A stretch of DNA of 64,000 bases from an uncultured Armatimonadia bacterium. Lineage in GTDB: Bacteria > Armatimonadota > Zipacnadia > CAVVLO01. Under the pieces are notes generated by a model, which ran no database searches, was not told the DNA's origin, and saw only the letters and a list, made by a program, of their open reading frames with translations. Location: assembly GCA_963749155.1 (NCBI GenBank), contig CAVVLO010000002.1, positions 416,001 through 480,000 of the forward strand. The letters run 5' to 3'. The translations under genes and the position numbers were made by a program. Positions 18,693-28,986 of the stretch are shown in pieces. Within the stretch, counting starts at the first letter, position 1; each line of letters begins with the position of its first letter.

Positions 18693-19811
18693 CTACCTCC
18701 TCAGGCTGAAACGCCCAGAGGGCGCTCTCAGCACCTTCCCATAAGCCTCGAGCAGGGTCAGCGTCGAGGCGACCTGCGCAGCCGGAAGTCCACTGCGTCC
18801 CGCCAGCTCTTCTGGCGTGCAGTCACCTTCGCGAAGCAGCCCTAGCAGTGCTTCTCCCGCCTCATCCTCAAGGCCAAAATCGTCTTCGGGTTCAGGCGCG
18901 GTTGCAGGTCCTGAAGGTTCCAAACCTGGCAGAGGCGCCTGATAGCGCGGGCCGCCCATCAGCTCCAGGATGTCTTCGGCCGACTCGACAAGCGCCGCTC
19001 CCTGCCTCAGCAACTGGTGCGGGCCTTCGCTCCCCTCGGCGCCGATGGCATGAGGCACCGCGCCTACGTTGCTGCCTTGTTCGAGAGCGAGTTCGGCGGT
19101 TATAAGCGCGCCACTACGCTCGCTGCATTCAGTGACCACAACCGCCTTGGCCAGCCCTGCCAGAATCCGGTTGCGCGCCGGGAAGCGCCATCTGGCCGGC
19201 TGGGTACCCAGCGGGAATTCGCTCACAAGTGCCCCCTGCGCCGCTATCCGGGAGAAAAGCTCCTCATGCTGCCGCGGATAACAGACATCCAGGCCACAGC
19301 CGAAGATGGCAATCGTCTTGCCGGCTTCGAGCGCGCCTTCATGGGCTGCCGCGTCGATACCCAGCGCCCCTCCGCTTATAACCAGGCACCCTGCCTGAGC
19401 CAGGTCTACTGCAAGCCGGCGCGTTACCGCCAGGCCATATCCGGTTGGCTTGCGCGTGCCGACCAGCGCAACAGCGGGCTGAGCGAGCAAGCAGGGATCG
19501 CCCAGCACGAACAGGCAATGAGGAGGACTGGCCAGGTGGCGCAGAGGTTCTGGATACTCGGGCGCGGCTCTCGTGAGGGCCGTGGCGCCCAGCTCCGCAA
19601 GTCTGGCGACTTCGGCTTCGAGGCCCGAGGCAGCGATAGAAAGCCGGGGCAACTCGGCGGGACGAAAACCCAGTGCCCCAAGAGCGCGTTCTTTATGCGC
19701 GCCGGCCAACTCAGGCAGTTCGGCTAGCTGCTCCGAGGTTAGCCTCCGCACCCGGTTAGGCGGAGTTTCGGCTAGCGCAAGCAATAACCAGGCTTTTTCC
19801 TCTGACTTCAC
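18693..19811 (-). CDS. dprA: DNA-processing protein DprA
   Basis: ALVGTRKPT, SGGALGIDAAAH, FPARNRI, SGALITA and C-terminal winged helix. Start assumed at GTG 19811. Confidence 0.93.
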   Translation of the reverse strand: MKSEEKAWLLLALAETPPNRVRRLTSEQLAELPELAGAHKERALGALGFRPAELPRLSIAASGLEAEVARLAELGATALTRAAPEYPEPLRHLASPPHCLFVLGDPCLLAQPAVALVGTRKPTGYGLAVTRRLAVDLAQAGCLVISGGALGIDAAAHEGALEAGKTIAIFGCGLDVCYPRQHEELFSRIAAQGALVSEFPLGTQPARWRFPARNRILAGLAKAVVVTECSERSGALITAELALEQGSNVGAVPHAIGAEGSEGPHQLLRQGAALVESAEDILELMGGPRYQAPLPGLEPSGPATAPEPEDDFGLEDEAGEALLGLLREGDCTPEELAGRSGLPAAQVASTLTLLEAYGKVLRAPSGRFSLRR

Positions 19812-19889
19812 TCGGCGACCTCGCGACTGGAAGGAGTTCGCCGCAAAGGTACCAGTCAAAGCCTCCGAGAGCAAGGGGCGGCAGGTTGG

Positions 19890-21203
19890 CTAGAAGACTG
19901 CCAGGCCACATCCAGTTAGTTGCGCGAGCAGCTCGAGCGGGCCCAGGTGGTCTCCATAGGCCAGAGCATAATGGTGGCATTCCGCCTCGCGGAGCAACCT
20001 GGGCGCATCAGCCACTTTCACGCCAACAGCGGTTCTGCAACTTACGGTATCCTGGGTCCAGGCCAGTTCGCCCTTGATAACTTCGAAGCTTGCACCACCA
20101 GGTTGCACCCCGAACAAGGTCACTGGAGCGCCAGCCCGCAAGCCCGCAAAACACGTTACTCCTAGTTCTGTGCCATGCCAGTCATGCAACTCGGGTCGAG
20201 AGCGTGCATACGCAAGGCCAGGCGCCACAAAGTCGCTGTTCAAGCTCACTATATTCTCATCAAGGTCACGCTCGGTGTTGTTGTGGAACAGGTCCCCCAG
20301 GAATACCGGCCCCCCAACTGTTTTACCAAGGATCGCTGTCGCCAGCACCGCTGCCAAATCACACTGGCAACCCCAGGCCTTGCCCTCTTCGATAAGGAGA
20401 GAAGCCGCAAGACAAGGCACATACTCTTTGTCCGTCAGCCCCTCGCAATCGAAACAGGCTCCGTCAGCCGCCCTTTCTTCCAGCAAAGCCTTCAGCGCCA
20501 GGTATATGCGCGCATAAAAGGAAAGTTTTTCCGACCTGCGGTCTCGCACCGAAAAACGCTCCTGCCATTTACTGGCCAGCAGCTCGCCTTCCTCATGAGA
20601 GATCTGATTAACCCGGGCCAGATAATCATGCAAGCTGATTTGCTCGAGGTGGAAGCCAAACCTGTCTTCGAGCCCGGCCAGATCCGATGCGCCGTGCGCG
20701 CCGGCCTCTGGCAGTTCGCCAATAACCAGGATTTTCAATTCTGCAAGGTATTTTGCGAGCCACGCGCCAGTAAGCAGAAACTGGACTTCCTTCGACTTCA
20801 CGGGGATAAAGGAGTAAGGCTCGCGCCCGCCAGGCAGATAACGCGCGCTCCAGCAGCGCCCCCAGGAATCCCACTCTGGAAGCAGAGGTTTACCCAGGCT
20901 CCAAAGGGCCTGCACCTGGTCTGAAGTCAACCGCCCAGCCACCAGCACATCAGGCTGCCTGGCCCGTACCTGCTCAAGGGATAGCGTCTCGTCGGGTTCG
21001 AGAACAAGCGGGGGCAATACGGTCACGAAGTCCAGCACTTGTTCCAGATGCTCCAGACTTACATCCTGGGGAGGGTGTTCTTCAGCCCTGTCTTTTTCTC
21101 TGGCTGGGGGAGCGGTGACTAGTTCGCCAGGCTCTGCCAGGGCACTCACGGAGGTCACGTGCAAGAGTCTCAGCTTCATCCAGACCACCTCACCTGGAGC
21201 CAA
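19890..21203 (-). CDS. L-fucose/L-arabinose isomerase-fold protein
   Basis: YLALKALLE...CFDC...PCLA...CQCD and C-terminal CRT...HHYALAYGD, typical of FucI/AraA-like proteins. Confidence 0.7.
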   Translation of the reverse strand: MAPGEVVWMKLRLLHVTSVSALAEPGELVTAPPAREKDRAEEHPPQDVSLEHLEQVLDFVTVLPPLVLEPDETLSLEQVRARQPDVLVAGRLTSDQVQALWSLGKPLLPEWDSWGRCWSARYLPGGREPYSFIPVKSKEVQFLLTGAWLAKYLAELKILVIGELPEAGAHGASDLAGLEDRFGFHLEQISLHDYLARVNQISHEEGELLASKWQERFSVRDRRSEKLSFYARIYLALKALLEERAADGACFDCEGLTDKEYVPCLAASLLIEEGKAWGCQCDLAAVLATAILGKTVGGPVFLGDLFHNNTERDLDENIVSLNSDFVAPGLAYARSRPELHDWHGTELGVTCFAGLRAGAPVTLFGVQPGGASFEVIKGELAWTQDTVSCRTAVGVKVADAPRLLREAECHHYALAYGDHLGPLELLAQLTGCGLAVF

Positions 21204-21316
21204 CTGCCTTGCCTTCCTTATCTATGATACACCCGATTTCTGGCTGCAGGCCTGCCCGGTGAGTAAAAAAACTTTAGCGGAAAACTCTCAGAATCCCTTT
21301 TAATCAGGAGTTCCTG

Positions 21317-23191
21317 TCAAGCAGGAGGCTGTTCCTCCTCTGGCGGGGTCTGTAGAGAGAATTCGTCCAGTTCTTCCAGCGAGTAGCGCAGACTGAGCAC
21401 CGGCGTCTTGGGTTCATTACGTAGCGCAAACTGGAGCCACAAGGCCGAGTGGTTATGCAACAAAGCTTCCCAGGGGCTGTCTGTGACGAACTCCGAGACC
21501 AGGATAGTCACATAGTCGAAGCCTTCTTCCGAATGGGCCTTTTGGGCATATTCAAGTAACGGAGTGGCCAGTTCGCGATAAGGCGACTGGACTACCTCCA
21601 GTAGGACCTCAGGCGCCCAGTTGTTCCACATCTGCTGAACCCGAGGATTATGCGAGCCCTCTATCTCGATGTGAACCGCGCGGACATCTGTGGAGAGCGT
21701 AAGGGCGTATTGCACTGCTTTTAGCACGCCCCGGTGCATTCCCGCCACTGGCACTAGCACCAGGTTGCGCGCGCCTGCCGTGACCGCAGTTGCGCCTTCC
21801 AGCGACAGCTTGCTTGCAACATAGTTATAGTGTTTTCTGATGCGACTGGTCATCCATACCAGTGCTGGAATAAGCAAGGCCACCAGCCAGGCGCCATCTC
21901 GCGCCTTCTCAAACAGCAGCACCACCAGCACCAGGCCTGTTGTCAAGGTGCCAAGCGAGTTGATGACGAGTCTGAACTGCCAGGCACTTCCTCGCTCTCT
22001 CAGCCAGTGGACTACCATACCGGCCTGGGACATCGTGAAGGCGAGAAACACACCGATGGCATAAAGGGGAATGAGCGCATGGACTTCCGCCTTGAAGGCC
22101 AGGACCAGAAGGCCAGCTGTGATTCCGAGTGCCAGGATACCGTTGGAATAGACCAGCCTGTCTCCCAGGTTGGTCAGTTGGCGCGGCAAGAAACCATCAG
22201 CCGCTTCTATTGCCGCCAGCCGGGGGAATCCATTGAAGCTGGTGTTCGCCGCGATAATGAGTATTACGCAAGTGAATATCTGTACCAGGTAATAGAATAA
22301 CGTCCCGCCTCCGAAGATTGCCCTGCCGAGTTGCGAGAGGACCGTTTCGTTCGCCAGGGGCACTAGTTCGAGCGCTCTGGCCAGGTAGGTAACTCCAAGA
22401 AAGATGATCGCAAGAAGCAGCCCAAGCAGTACCAGCACGCGCCCTGCGTTGCGCGCGGCCGGCTCCTTGAAGGCCTGCACCCCGTTACTGACCGCTTCGA
22501 TACCTGTCAGGGCTGCACAGCCCGAGGCGAAAGCCTTCAGCAAAAGGAAGAAGCCAAGGCCGTGACTGATTTCCAGGGCTGGGTAAGTTGCGACCGGCAT
22601 TGGCGCGCCTGTTGCCAGCTTGTAGAAACCGAGTAGCAACAAGGCGGCCATAACTGCTAGAAAACTGTAGGCGAACACCGCAAACAACCGAGCTGATTCT
22701 CTGACTCCGCGCAAGTTGACCAGTGTTATCAGCGCTATAGCTCCGAGGGTAAGCTCTACTCGCAGGTCGTGGAGCGCAGGCGCTGCCGAAGTTATGGCTG
22801 CTACCCCTGAAGAGACACTAACCGCCACTGTCAGCACATAGTCGCTCATCAACGCCGCGCCCGCTATCTGCGCCGCCAGCGGGCCAAGATTTTCGCGGCT
22901 GACGACGTAGGAGCCGCCTCCACCTGGATAGGCGTGTACCACTTGCCTGTATGAGACAACCACTATGAAGAGCAAGATGACGATGGCTGAGGAAACTGAA
23001 AGGGAGTAGTGCAGGCCTGCTGCGCCAGCCACAACCAGTGCAATCAGTATCTCTTCCGTCGCGTAGGCCGTTGATGAAAGGGCATCGGAAGCGAAGACCG
23101 CAAGGCCAAGAAAATTGTTCAACCTTTCATGTGCCAGTTGCCTGGTTTCGAGTGGCTTGCCAAGTAGCAGACGGCGAATAGTGCTAGGCAT
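21317..23191 (-). CDS. APC-family permease, KimA/YdaO-like (probable K+ transporter)
   Basis: SDALSSTAYATEEIL, YPGGGGSY, DYVLTVAVS, LTGIEAVSNG and C-terminal LLHNHSA domain. Confidence 0.85.
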   Translation of the reverse strand: MPSTIRRLLLGKPLETRQLAHERLNNFLGLAVFASDALSSTAYATEEILIALVVAGAAGLHYSLSVSSAIVILLFIVVVSYRQVVHAYPGGGGSYVVSRENLGPLAAQIAGAALMSDYVLTVAVSVSSGVAAITSAAPALHDLRVELTLGAIALITLVNLRGVRESARLFAVFAYSFLAVMAALLLLGFYKLATGAPMPVATYPALEISHGLGFFLLLKAFASGCAALTGIEAVSNGVQAFKEPAARNAGRVLVLLGLLLAIIFLGVTYLARALELVPLANETVLSQLGRAIFGGGTLFYYLVQIFTCVILIIAANTSFNGFPRLAAIEAADGFLPRQLTNLGDRLVYSNGILALGITAGLLVLAFKAEVHALIPLYAIGVFLAFTMSQAGMVVHWLRERGSAWQFRLVINSLGTLTTGLVLVVLLFEKARDGAWLVALLIPALVWMTSRIRKHYNYVASKLSLEGATAVTAGARNLVLVPVAGMHRGVLKAVQYALTLSTDVRAVHIEIEGSHNPRVQQMWNNWAPEVLLEVVQSPYRELATPLLEYAQKAHSEEGFDYVTILVSEFVTDSPWEALLHNHSALWLQFALRNEPKTPVLSLRYSLEELDEFSLQTPPEEEQPPA

Positions 23192-23218
23192 CGTGCCCTA
23201 CCTCCTGGATATGCGGCG

Positions 23219-23247
23219 ATTATGCGCCTGAGCGCAAGACCGCGCAA
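23219..23247 (-). promoter_or_regulatory. Sigma-70-type promoter for the APC permease
   Basis: Minus strand TTGCGC-N17-CATAAT, then AGGAGG SD. Confidence 0.6.
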
Positions 23248-23252
23248 GAAGG

Positions 23253-24278
23253 TTATCTGGCGATTTCCAGTTTGACAAAAACTGGCAGGTGGTCGGAGGA
23301 CGTAGTAGGCAATACTCTGGCTTTGAGAGGGCGCACCTCGGAACTGGCCAGCACATGATCAATGGTCATTACAGGCAGTTCCGCGGGGAAGGTATACCCC
23401 AGGCCAAATCCAACTTGCTGGAAGCTGTCGTTTCCAAGTGTTGCCAGCCGCTGCCAGATAAGCCCTCGGGGCGGGGTATTGAAGTCGCCTGCCATCACCC
23501 AGGGTCCGGCGAGAGTATGAACATATTGCTCCAGAGAGTCCACCTGGCGCTGTCTTAGGCCCAGTTGCTTCTTGAAACGCGACCTCAGCGGAGTGCCTCT
23601 CTGGGCGGCTTCGATTGGCGCATTGGCGGTTACCAGATGCGCGCAGATGACTGTGACAGGTTGGTTGTCTACCTGGATGGTGGCCGCAAGCGCTTCAGAA
23701 CGCGGCCCAGTCTCAAGCAAGGGGATCTCCCTAGGGGCCAGTAAGGGCAGTCTGGCGCCGATGACAAGCATATCCCAGCGGACGAAACAGTATTCTGGAA
23801 GCTCCCTGGCAAGCTTCTGGCGCAGGCTGTCGCGCTCTCCAAAATCGCGCGCTTCCTGAAGGCAGATGATCTCAGGATAAGCGGAGGCGATACGCTCTAC
23901 GATGGCGTCCAGCCCCGCCTGGCCACGGTGGATGTTCCAGGTCATCAGGCTGACGGTCGGCTGCCCAGCCGGTTCAACTTCCTGATGCACTTGCAGGCCC
24001 AGAAAGTACCCTAGCGCCAGCCCGACGGCCAGTACCACCGGCGCGAAAACGTACCAGCGCCTGGCGAACAGAGCCAGCAGCACCAATAGCGCCGTCGGCA
24101 ACACCAGAGGCGCCTGAGGCATATAGGTAAGCACCGCAGTCATCCAGTTGCGCTCGGCAACGTGCTGTTCCAGCGCCCAGGCCACCAGCAGGAAAGCCAG
24201 ATTGAGCCAGGCCAGCGTCGCGATTACACGAGTGGCCCTGCCAGTACGTTTTCCTGTTGTCTGCCGTGGTTTGTTCAT
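23253..24278 (-). CDS. Endonuclease/exonuclease/phosphatase family membrane protein
   Basis: N-terminal TM helices; TWNI, LQE, AGDFN, IDHV and SDHLP motifs. Confidence 0.9.
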   Translation of the reverse strand: MNKPRQTTGKRTGRATRVIATLAWLNLAFLLVAWALEQHVAERNWMTAVLTYMPQAPLVLPTALLVLLALFARRWYVFAPVVLAVGLALGYFLGLQVHQEVEPAGQPTVSLMTWNIHRGQAGLDAIVERIASAYPEIICLQEARDFGERDSLRQKLARELPEYCFVRWDMLVIGARLPLLAPREIPLLETGPRSEALAATIQVDNQPVTVICAHLVTANAPIEAAQRGTPLRSRFKKQLGLRQRQVDSLEQYVHTLAGPWVMAGDFNTPPRGLIWQRLATLGNDSFQQVGFGLGYTFPAELPVMTIDHVLASSEVRPLKARVLPTTSSDHLPVFVKLEIAR

Positions 24279-24292
24279 CGCTAATAAACCTG

Positions 24293-24325
24293 GAAACCGG
24301 TGGAGAGCTGAAAGCTCCCCACCGG
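24293..24325 (-). terminator. Hairpin after the Gfo/Idh/MocA pair (probable terminator)
   Basis: Minus strand CCGGTGGGGAGCT-ttc-AGCTCTCCACCGG with a short T tail. Confidence 0.6.
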
Positions 24326-24344
24326 CCGGTTGATGTTGGTGAGG

Positions 24345-25445
24345 TTAGGCGTCAAGCGCGCCCTGGCGAAGGCCGAGAGGCAGCGCGGCAGGCCGCTGGC
24401 AGGTCGTGGTCAACTCGATATAGCGGCTCTCAACCGAGGCCTCATGGATGGCGTGCATTATATCCAGCACATGCAACGCCAGGTTGCCGCTGGCTCGATG
24501 GGGCCGGCCGCTCCTCAGCGCGCAGGCCATATCCGCCACGCCCGTGCTGCGACTGATGTCATCCAGGCCATGCGTGTGAGGGACTTCCATCCAGCCGGCG
24601 CCCGGTTTTAGCACCCTGACCACGCCACCTGGGTTGTTTGGATCGGGCACTGAGAGACAGCCTCGCGTGCCGTAGATCTCAATCCAGGGCAACGAGTGGC
24701 CCCAGACATCCCAACTGGTGATGATATTCGCGATGGCGCCGCAGGCGAAGTCCACCACCCCCACTACATGTGTGGGGACTTCCACCTCTATCTGTTTGCC
24801 ATAGTTGGGCTGGCTTGTAATAGTGCGCACAGGCTCGCTGATACGCGCCGACCCGCATACGCGCCTGGCCGGCCCCAGCAGGTTGATGAGCGCGGTCAGG
24901 TAATAGGGCCCCATATCGAACATCGGGCCGCCACCGACTTGATAGAAGAAAGTCGGATCTGGATGCCAGTTCTCACTGCCATGCCCCAGCATAAAAGCCG
25001 TAGCGCCAACAGGCTCGCCAATCCAGCCATCATCAATCAGCTTGCGACAGGTCTGATGCCCTCCGCCAAGGAAAGTATCTGGCGCGCAACCAACCAGTAC
25101 CCCCCTGGCCTTCGCGGCTTCGACCAGTCTGATGCCTTCCTCGCGCTTTACGCTAAGGGGCTTCTCCGTCCAGACGCTCTTGCCGGCCTCAACACAACGC
25201 ATCGAGACCTCGAAATGTGCTTTGGGCACCGTCAGGTTGATGGCGATCTCGATCTCGGGATCGGCAATCAGCTCGTCCACGCTGCAAGCGCGAGGCACTC
25301 CAAACTCTTCGGCTCTGGCTTTTGCGCGCTCGGGCAGCAAATCAGAACACGCCACGACTTCCAGCAGGTCGAACAAGGGGCACATCCGGAGATAAGCCGG
25401 GCTGATGTTGCCGCAGCCAATCAGGCCAACCTTCACTTTCTGCAT
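24345..25445 (-). CDS. Gfo/Idh/MocA oxidoreductase (copy 2)
   Basis: [19 protein letters not shown] and DMGPYY motifs; ATG 25445 after GAGGAG. Confidence 0.93.
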   Translation of the reverse strand: MQKVKVGLIGCGNISPAYLRMCPLFDLLEVVACSDLLPERAKARAEEFGVPRACSVDELIADPEIEIAINLTVPKAHFEVSMRCVEAGKSVWTEKPLSVKREEGIRLVEAAKARGVLVGCAPDTFLGGGHQTCRKLIDDGWIGEPVGATAFMLGHGSENWHPDPTFFYQVGGGPMFDMGPYYLTALINLLGPARRVCGSARISEPVRTITSQPNYGKQIEVEVPTHVVGVVDFACGAIANIITSWDVWGHSLPWIEIYGTRGCLSVPDPNNPGGVVRVLKPGAGWMEVPHTHGLDDISRSTGVADMACALRSGRPHRASGNLALHVLDIMHAIHEASVESRYIELTTTCQRPAALPLGLRQGALDA

Positions 25446-25465
25446 CAGGTTCTCTCCTCTGGAAA

Positions 25466-26566
25466 TCAGGCGTCCAAAGTGCCTGGCCGCAAGCCAAGAG
25501 GCAGCATCGCGGGCCGAGCGCAAGTCGTGGTGAGTTTTACATACTGGCTCGAAGCCGACGCCTCGTGAATAGCATGCATTATGTCCAGCACATGCAGTGC
25601 CAGATCGCCACTTGCGCGGTGAGGCCGGCCGCTTCTGATTGCATAAGCCATATCCGCAACGCCAGTGCTGCGGCTGATGTCGGCATAGCCATGCGTAAGC
25701 GGTACTTCCATCCAGCCAGCCCCAGGCTTCAAAACGCGCACAGGCCCGCCTGGGCCGTTAGGATCGGGCACAGACAGGCAACCGCGAGTGCCGTAGATCT
25801 CAATACGCGGTAGTTCGGCGCCCCATACATCGAAGCTGGTGATGATATTGCCGATGGCGCCACTTGCGAAATCCAGCACGCCAGTGACATGCGTCGGAAC
25901 TTCGACTTCGACCTGATTGCCATACTTGGGCTGGCTTGTGATGGTGCGGAACGGCTCGCTGATGCGCGCCGAACCACATACCCGCTTTGCCGGGCCCAGC
26001 AGATTCACCAGCGCGGTCAGATAATACGGGCCCATATCGAACATCGGTCCGCCGCCGACCTTGTAGTAGAACTCCGGATCCGGATGCCAGCTCTCGTGGC
26101 CATGGCACATCATAAAGGCCGTCGCGCCAATTGGCTCGCCAATCCAGCCATCATCCAGCAGCTTGCGGCAGGTCTGATGGCCCCCGCCCAGGAAGGTATC
26201 CGGCGCGCAGCCGACCAGTACGCCTTTTGCCTTCGCGGCGGCGACCAGTTGGATGCCTTCTTCGCGCTTCACGCAGAGGGGTTTCTCGTTCCAGACGCTC
26301 TTGCCGGCCTCGACGCACTGCATCGCGACCTCGAAGTGGGCCTGGGGGATAGTGATGTTGATGACCAGTTCGATGCTCTTGTCAGCCAGCAGTTCTGCCA
26401 CAGTGCAAGTGCGCGGCACATTGAACTCGGCTGCCCGGGCCTCGGCCCGCTCGGGAAGCAGGTCTGCACAAGCCACAATATCCAGTATCTCGAACAAGGG
26501 GCACTGTCTGAGATAAGCCGGGCTGATGTTGCCACAACCGATTACGCCAACTTTCACTTTGTCCAT
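25466..26566 (-). CDS. Gfo/Idh/MocA oxidoreductase (copy 1)
   Basis: Same motifs and length as the adjacent copy; tandem paralogue. Confidence 0.93.
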   Translation of the reverse strand: MDKVKVGVIGCGNISPAYLRQCPLFEILDIVACADLLPERAEARAAEFNVPRTCTVAELLADKSIELVINITIPQAHFEVAMQCVEAGKSVWNEKPLCVKREEGIQLVAAAKAKGVLVGCAPDTFLGGGHQTCRKLLDDGWIGEPIGATAFMMCHGHESWHPDPEFYYKVGGGPMFDMGPYYLTALVNLLGPAKRVCGSARISEPFRTITSQPKYGNQVEVEVPTHVTGVLDFASGAIGNIITSFDVWGAELPRIEIYGTRGCLSVPDPNGPGGPVRVLKPGAGWMEVPLTHGYADISRSTGVADMAYAIRSGRPHRASGDLALHVLDIMHAIHEASASSQYVKLTTTCARPAMLPLGLRPGTLDA

Positions 26567-26583
26567 CTGATTCGCTCCTTTTC

Positions 26584-26615
26584 AATAAAGCGCCGCCGAG
26601 CAAAGCCCGGCGGCG
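26584..26615 (-). terminator. Intra-operon hairpin between the ThuA-like gene and gfo
   Basis: Minus strand CGCCGCCGGGC-ttt-GCTCGGCGGCG-CTTTATT, just before the gfo SD. Confidence 0.5.
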
Positions 26616-26643
26616 ATTCGTCCTGATGGTCAGCTTGCGCCGC

Positions 26644-27288
26644 TTACCGGGCCGCCCAGAGCATCCCCCGCTGCGCGATAGTCAGCGCTTCGGGCACCTC
26701 GAAGTCCTTTGCGACATGGCCGAGTGAAGTGTAGAAGACCTTCCCCTCGCCATACTTGCGCTTCCAGGCGGCTGGCATAACAGTACCTGCTATCCAGGGG
26801 GCATGCTCCCCACTGAAAGTGGTCGTTGCCAATACTTCGTTGCCTGGATCGGTGTGCAGGTAGTATTGTTCTGATTCCATCGCAAAGCTGCCCAGCCCCG
26901 CCACTATCGGATCCTCAGGCTTGGCGATATCCACCGTATACTTCACGATACCGCCTGGATGCGCCACCCACTGGCCACCGACCATCCACTGGTACTCGGT
27001 GTTCATCCGGAAGGCGTCGCCCATCCCGCCATGCCAGCCAGCGATGCCTACGCCACTACGAACGGCGTTCAGCAGCCCGGCCTCCTGCTCGCCAGAGATT
27101 TGCCCCATCGTCCAGCAGGGCACCACCAGGCTGAGATTCATCATGTAATCCGTTTCGAGATAGACATCCATTGTGGCTTCATAGCGCACCTCGAACCCTT
27201 GCTCTTTCAGAAAGGGCACGAACAGTGCCGTCGACTGCTGCGGCTCATGACCATCCCAGCCGCCCCATACAACCAGTGCCTGCTTCAT
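26644..27288 (-). CDS. ThuA-like domain protein
   Basis: ALVVWGGWDGHEP, GWHGG, GGQWVAHPG, SEQYY and YTSLGH motifs. Confidence 0.9.
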   Translation of the reverse strand: MKQALVVWGGWDGHEPQQSTALFVPFLKEQGFEVRYEATMDVYLETDYMMNLSLVVPCWTMGQISGEQEAGLLNAVRSGVGIAGWHGGMGDAFRMNTEYQWMVGGQWVAHPGGIVKYTVDIAKPEDPIVAGLGSFAMESEQYYLHTDPGNEVLATTTFSGEHAPWIAGTVMPAAWKRKYGEGKVFYTSLGHVAKDFEVPEALTIAQRGMLWAAR

Positions 27289-27351
27289 TGCTACGCCTCC
27301 CAGCGCGTTGTGCTTGGTTCTTGCAAGGGAAGTAGATCTTCCCAATTCTGC

Positions 27352-28116
27352 CTATAACTCAAGTTCAAGTCCTACCGGGCAATGATCCGAGCCCATCACT
27401 TCCTCTTCAATCCAGGCCCTCTTCACTTTAGGTGTCAGATTCTCACTTACAAAGAAATAATCCAGCCGCCAGCCGACGTTCCGCTCGCGGGCGCGGGTCT
27501 TCATATCCCACCAGGAATACCGCCCTCCCCCTTCCTCGAACAGCCGGAAGGTGTCCACGAAGCCTGCCCCTACCAGCTTGTCCAGCCAGGCGCGTTCCTC
27601 GGGCAGGAAACCTGAGGTCTTGACGTTCTCCTTCGGGCGCGCCAGGTCTCGCTCCTGATGGGCGGTGTTGACATCGCCGCATACAACCACTGCCCGACCG
27701 GCCTCTTTCAAATCAAGCAAGTGGTCGAGGTAAAAATCATAAAACTCCAGCTTGTATGCCAGCCGTTCTCTCGACATCCCGCCGTTAGGAAAGTAAGTAG
27801 TCAGCAGCACGAAGTCGCCGAAATCAGCCTCCAGCACGCGCCCTTCACGGTCGAACTTGTAGTCGCCAAGTTCGCGTTTTACCGACTGGGGCTGGAGCCG
27901 GCTCAGAAGACCTACTCCCGAATAGCCTTTACGCTCTCCAGCGGCAAGCCAGGTAGTGTAGCCTTCCAGGCTACTCAAAGCCTCAGGCAACTGGTCAGGC
28001 TGAAGTTTTGTCTCCTGCAGGCAAACGATGTCAGGTTGGCTGGTCTCCAGCCACTCCAGGAAGCCCTTGCCCAGCATCGCGCGCAAGCCATTTACATTCC
28101 AGGAATAAAGTCGCAT
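27352..28116 (-). CDS. xth: Exodeoxyribonuclease III
   Basis: SWNVNGLRA, LQETK, GYSGV, YFPNG, GDVN, GWRLDY and GSDHCP motifs. Confidence 0.96.
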   Translation of the reverse strand: MRLYSWNVNGLRAMLGKGFLEWLETSQPDIVCLQETKLQPDQLPEALSSLEGYTTWLAAGERKGYSGVGLLSRLQPQSVKRELGDYKFDREGRVLEADFGDFVLLTTYFPNGGMSRERLAYKLEFYDFYLDHLLDLKEAGRAVVVCGDVNTAHQERDLARPKENVKTSGFLPEERAWLDKLVGAGFVDTFRLFEEGGGRYSWWDMKTRARERNVGWRLDYFFVSENLTPKVKRAWIEEEVMGSDHCPVGLELEL

Positions 28117-28119
28117 CCG

Positions 28120-28890
28120 CTAACCCGCGCCGTCGCTTGACGGCTCCTCTTCGGAGAAACCTCTCACCCGTTTTACACGCTCTTTCACAAGGTCCTCGGA
28201 GGCCAGATACTGATGCCCTACCATACGCAGCTGATCGTCCAGTTCATAGGCTAGCGGGATGCCTGTCGGGATATTGAGTTCTACGACCCCCTGCTCGGGC
28301 AGTTGCTGGACATAACTAACAAGTGCCCTGAGGCTGTTGCCATGGGCGACTACCAGCACTCTCTTGCCTTCTCTCAGCTTGGGAGCGATTGTACCTTCCC
28401 AGAAGGGGATGATACGCGCCACGGTGTCAGCCAGGCTCTCGGTCAAGGGCAGCAGATCCTGCATAACGCCCTTATATTTGGTGTCGAAACCGGGGAAGCG
28501 TGGATCCTCCCTGTCCAGAACCGGCGGCCGGGTGCGATAGCTGCGCCGCCAAAGGTGAACCTGCTCCTCGCCATAACGCTCGGCGGTCTCCTGCTTGCCC
28601 AGGCCCTGCAAAGCGCCGTAATGGCGCTCGTTCAGCCGCCAGTTGCAGTATTGCTGCAGCCACATATGATCCATTGCCTCAAGAGTTAGCCACAGCGTCT
28701 TTATCGCTCGTCTCAGCACCGAAGTGTAGGCGATGTCGAAGTCTAGCGAGTGGTCGCGCAGGGCGACGCCGGCCTCTTCGGCCTCCTGCCTGCCGCGGTC
28801 GGACAAGTCGACATCGGTCCACCCGGTGAACCGGTTCTCCTTGTTCCATTCACTCTCGCCATGCCTTAACAATACCAGGCTATGTCGCAC
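28120..28890 (-). CDS. gpmA: 2,3-bisphosphoglycerate-dependent phosphoglycerate mutase
   Basis: [37 protein letters not shown] and LNIPTG motifs. Confidence 0.96.
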   Translation of the reverse strand: MRHSLVLLRHGESEWNKENRFTGWTDVDLSDRGRQEAEEAGVALRDHSLDFDIAYTSVLRRAIKTLWLTLEAMDHMWLQQYCNWRLNERHYGALQGLGKQETAERYGEEQVHLWRRSYRTRPPVLDREDPRFPGFDTKYKGVMQDLLPLTESLADTVARIIPFWEGTIAPKLREGKRVLVVAHGNSLRALVSYVQQLPEQGVVELNIPTGIPLAYELDDQLRMVGHQYLASEDLVKERVKRVRGFSEEEPSSDGAG

Positions 28891-28986
28891 CTACAACCTC
28901 TCCTTTCCCCCCAGAGAAAGCTCCTTCTGTCTTATTGCCACTGTACTAGTTCGCCCCCGCTTTGCCAATACCACCAGAAAGCCAGC

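Noticed and set aside
24345..26566. Repeat caused by simple assembly duplication
   Set aside because: The copies differ by many synonymous and non-synonymous changes while both frames stay intact.
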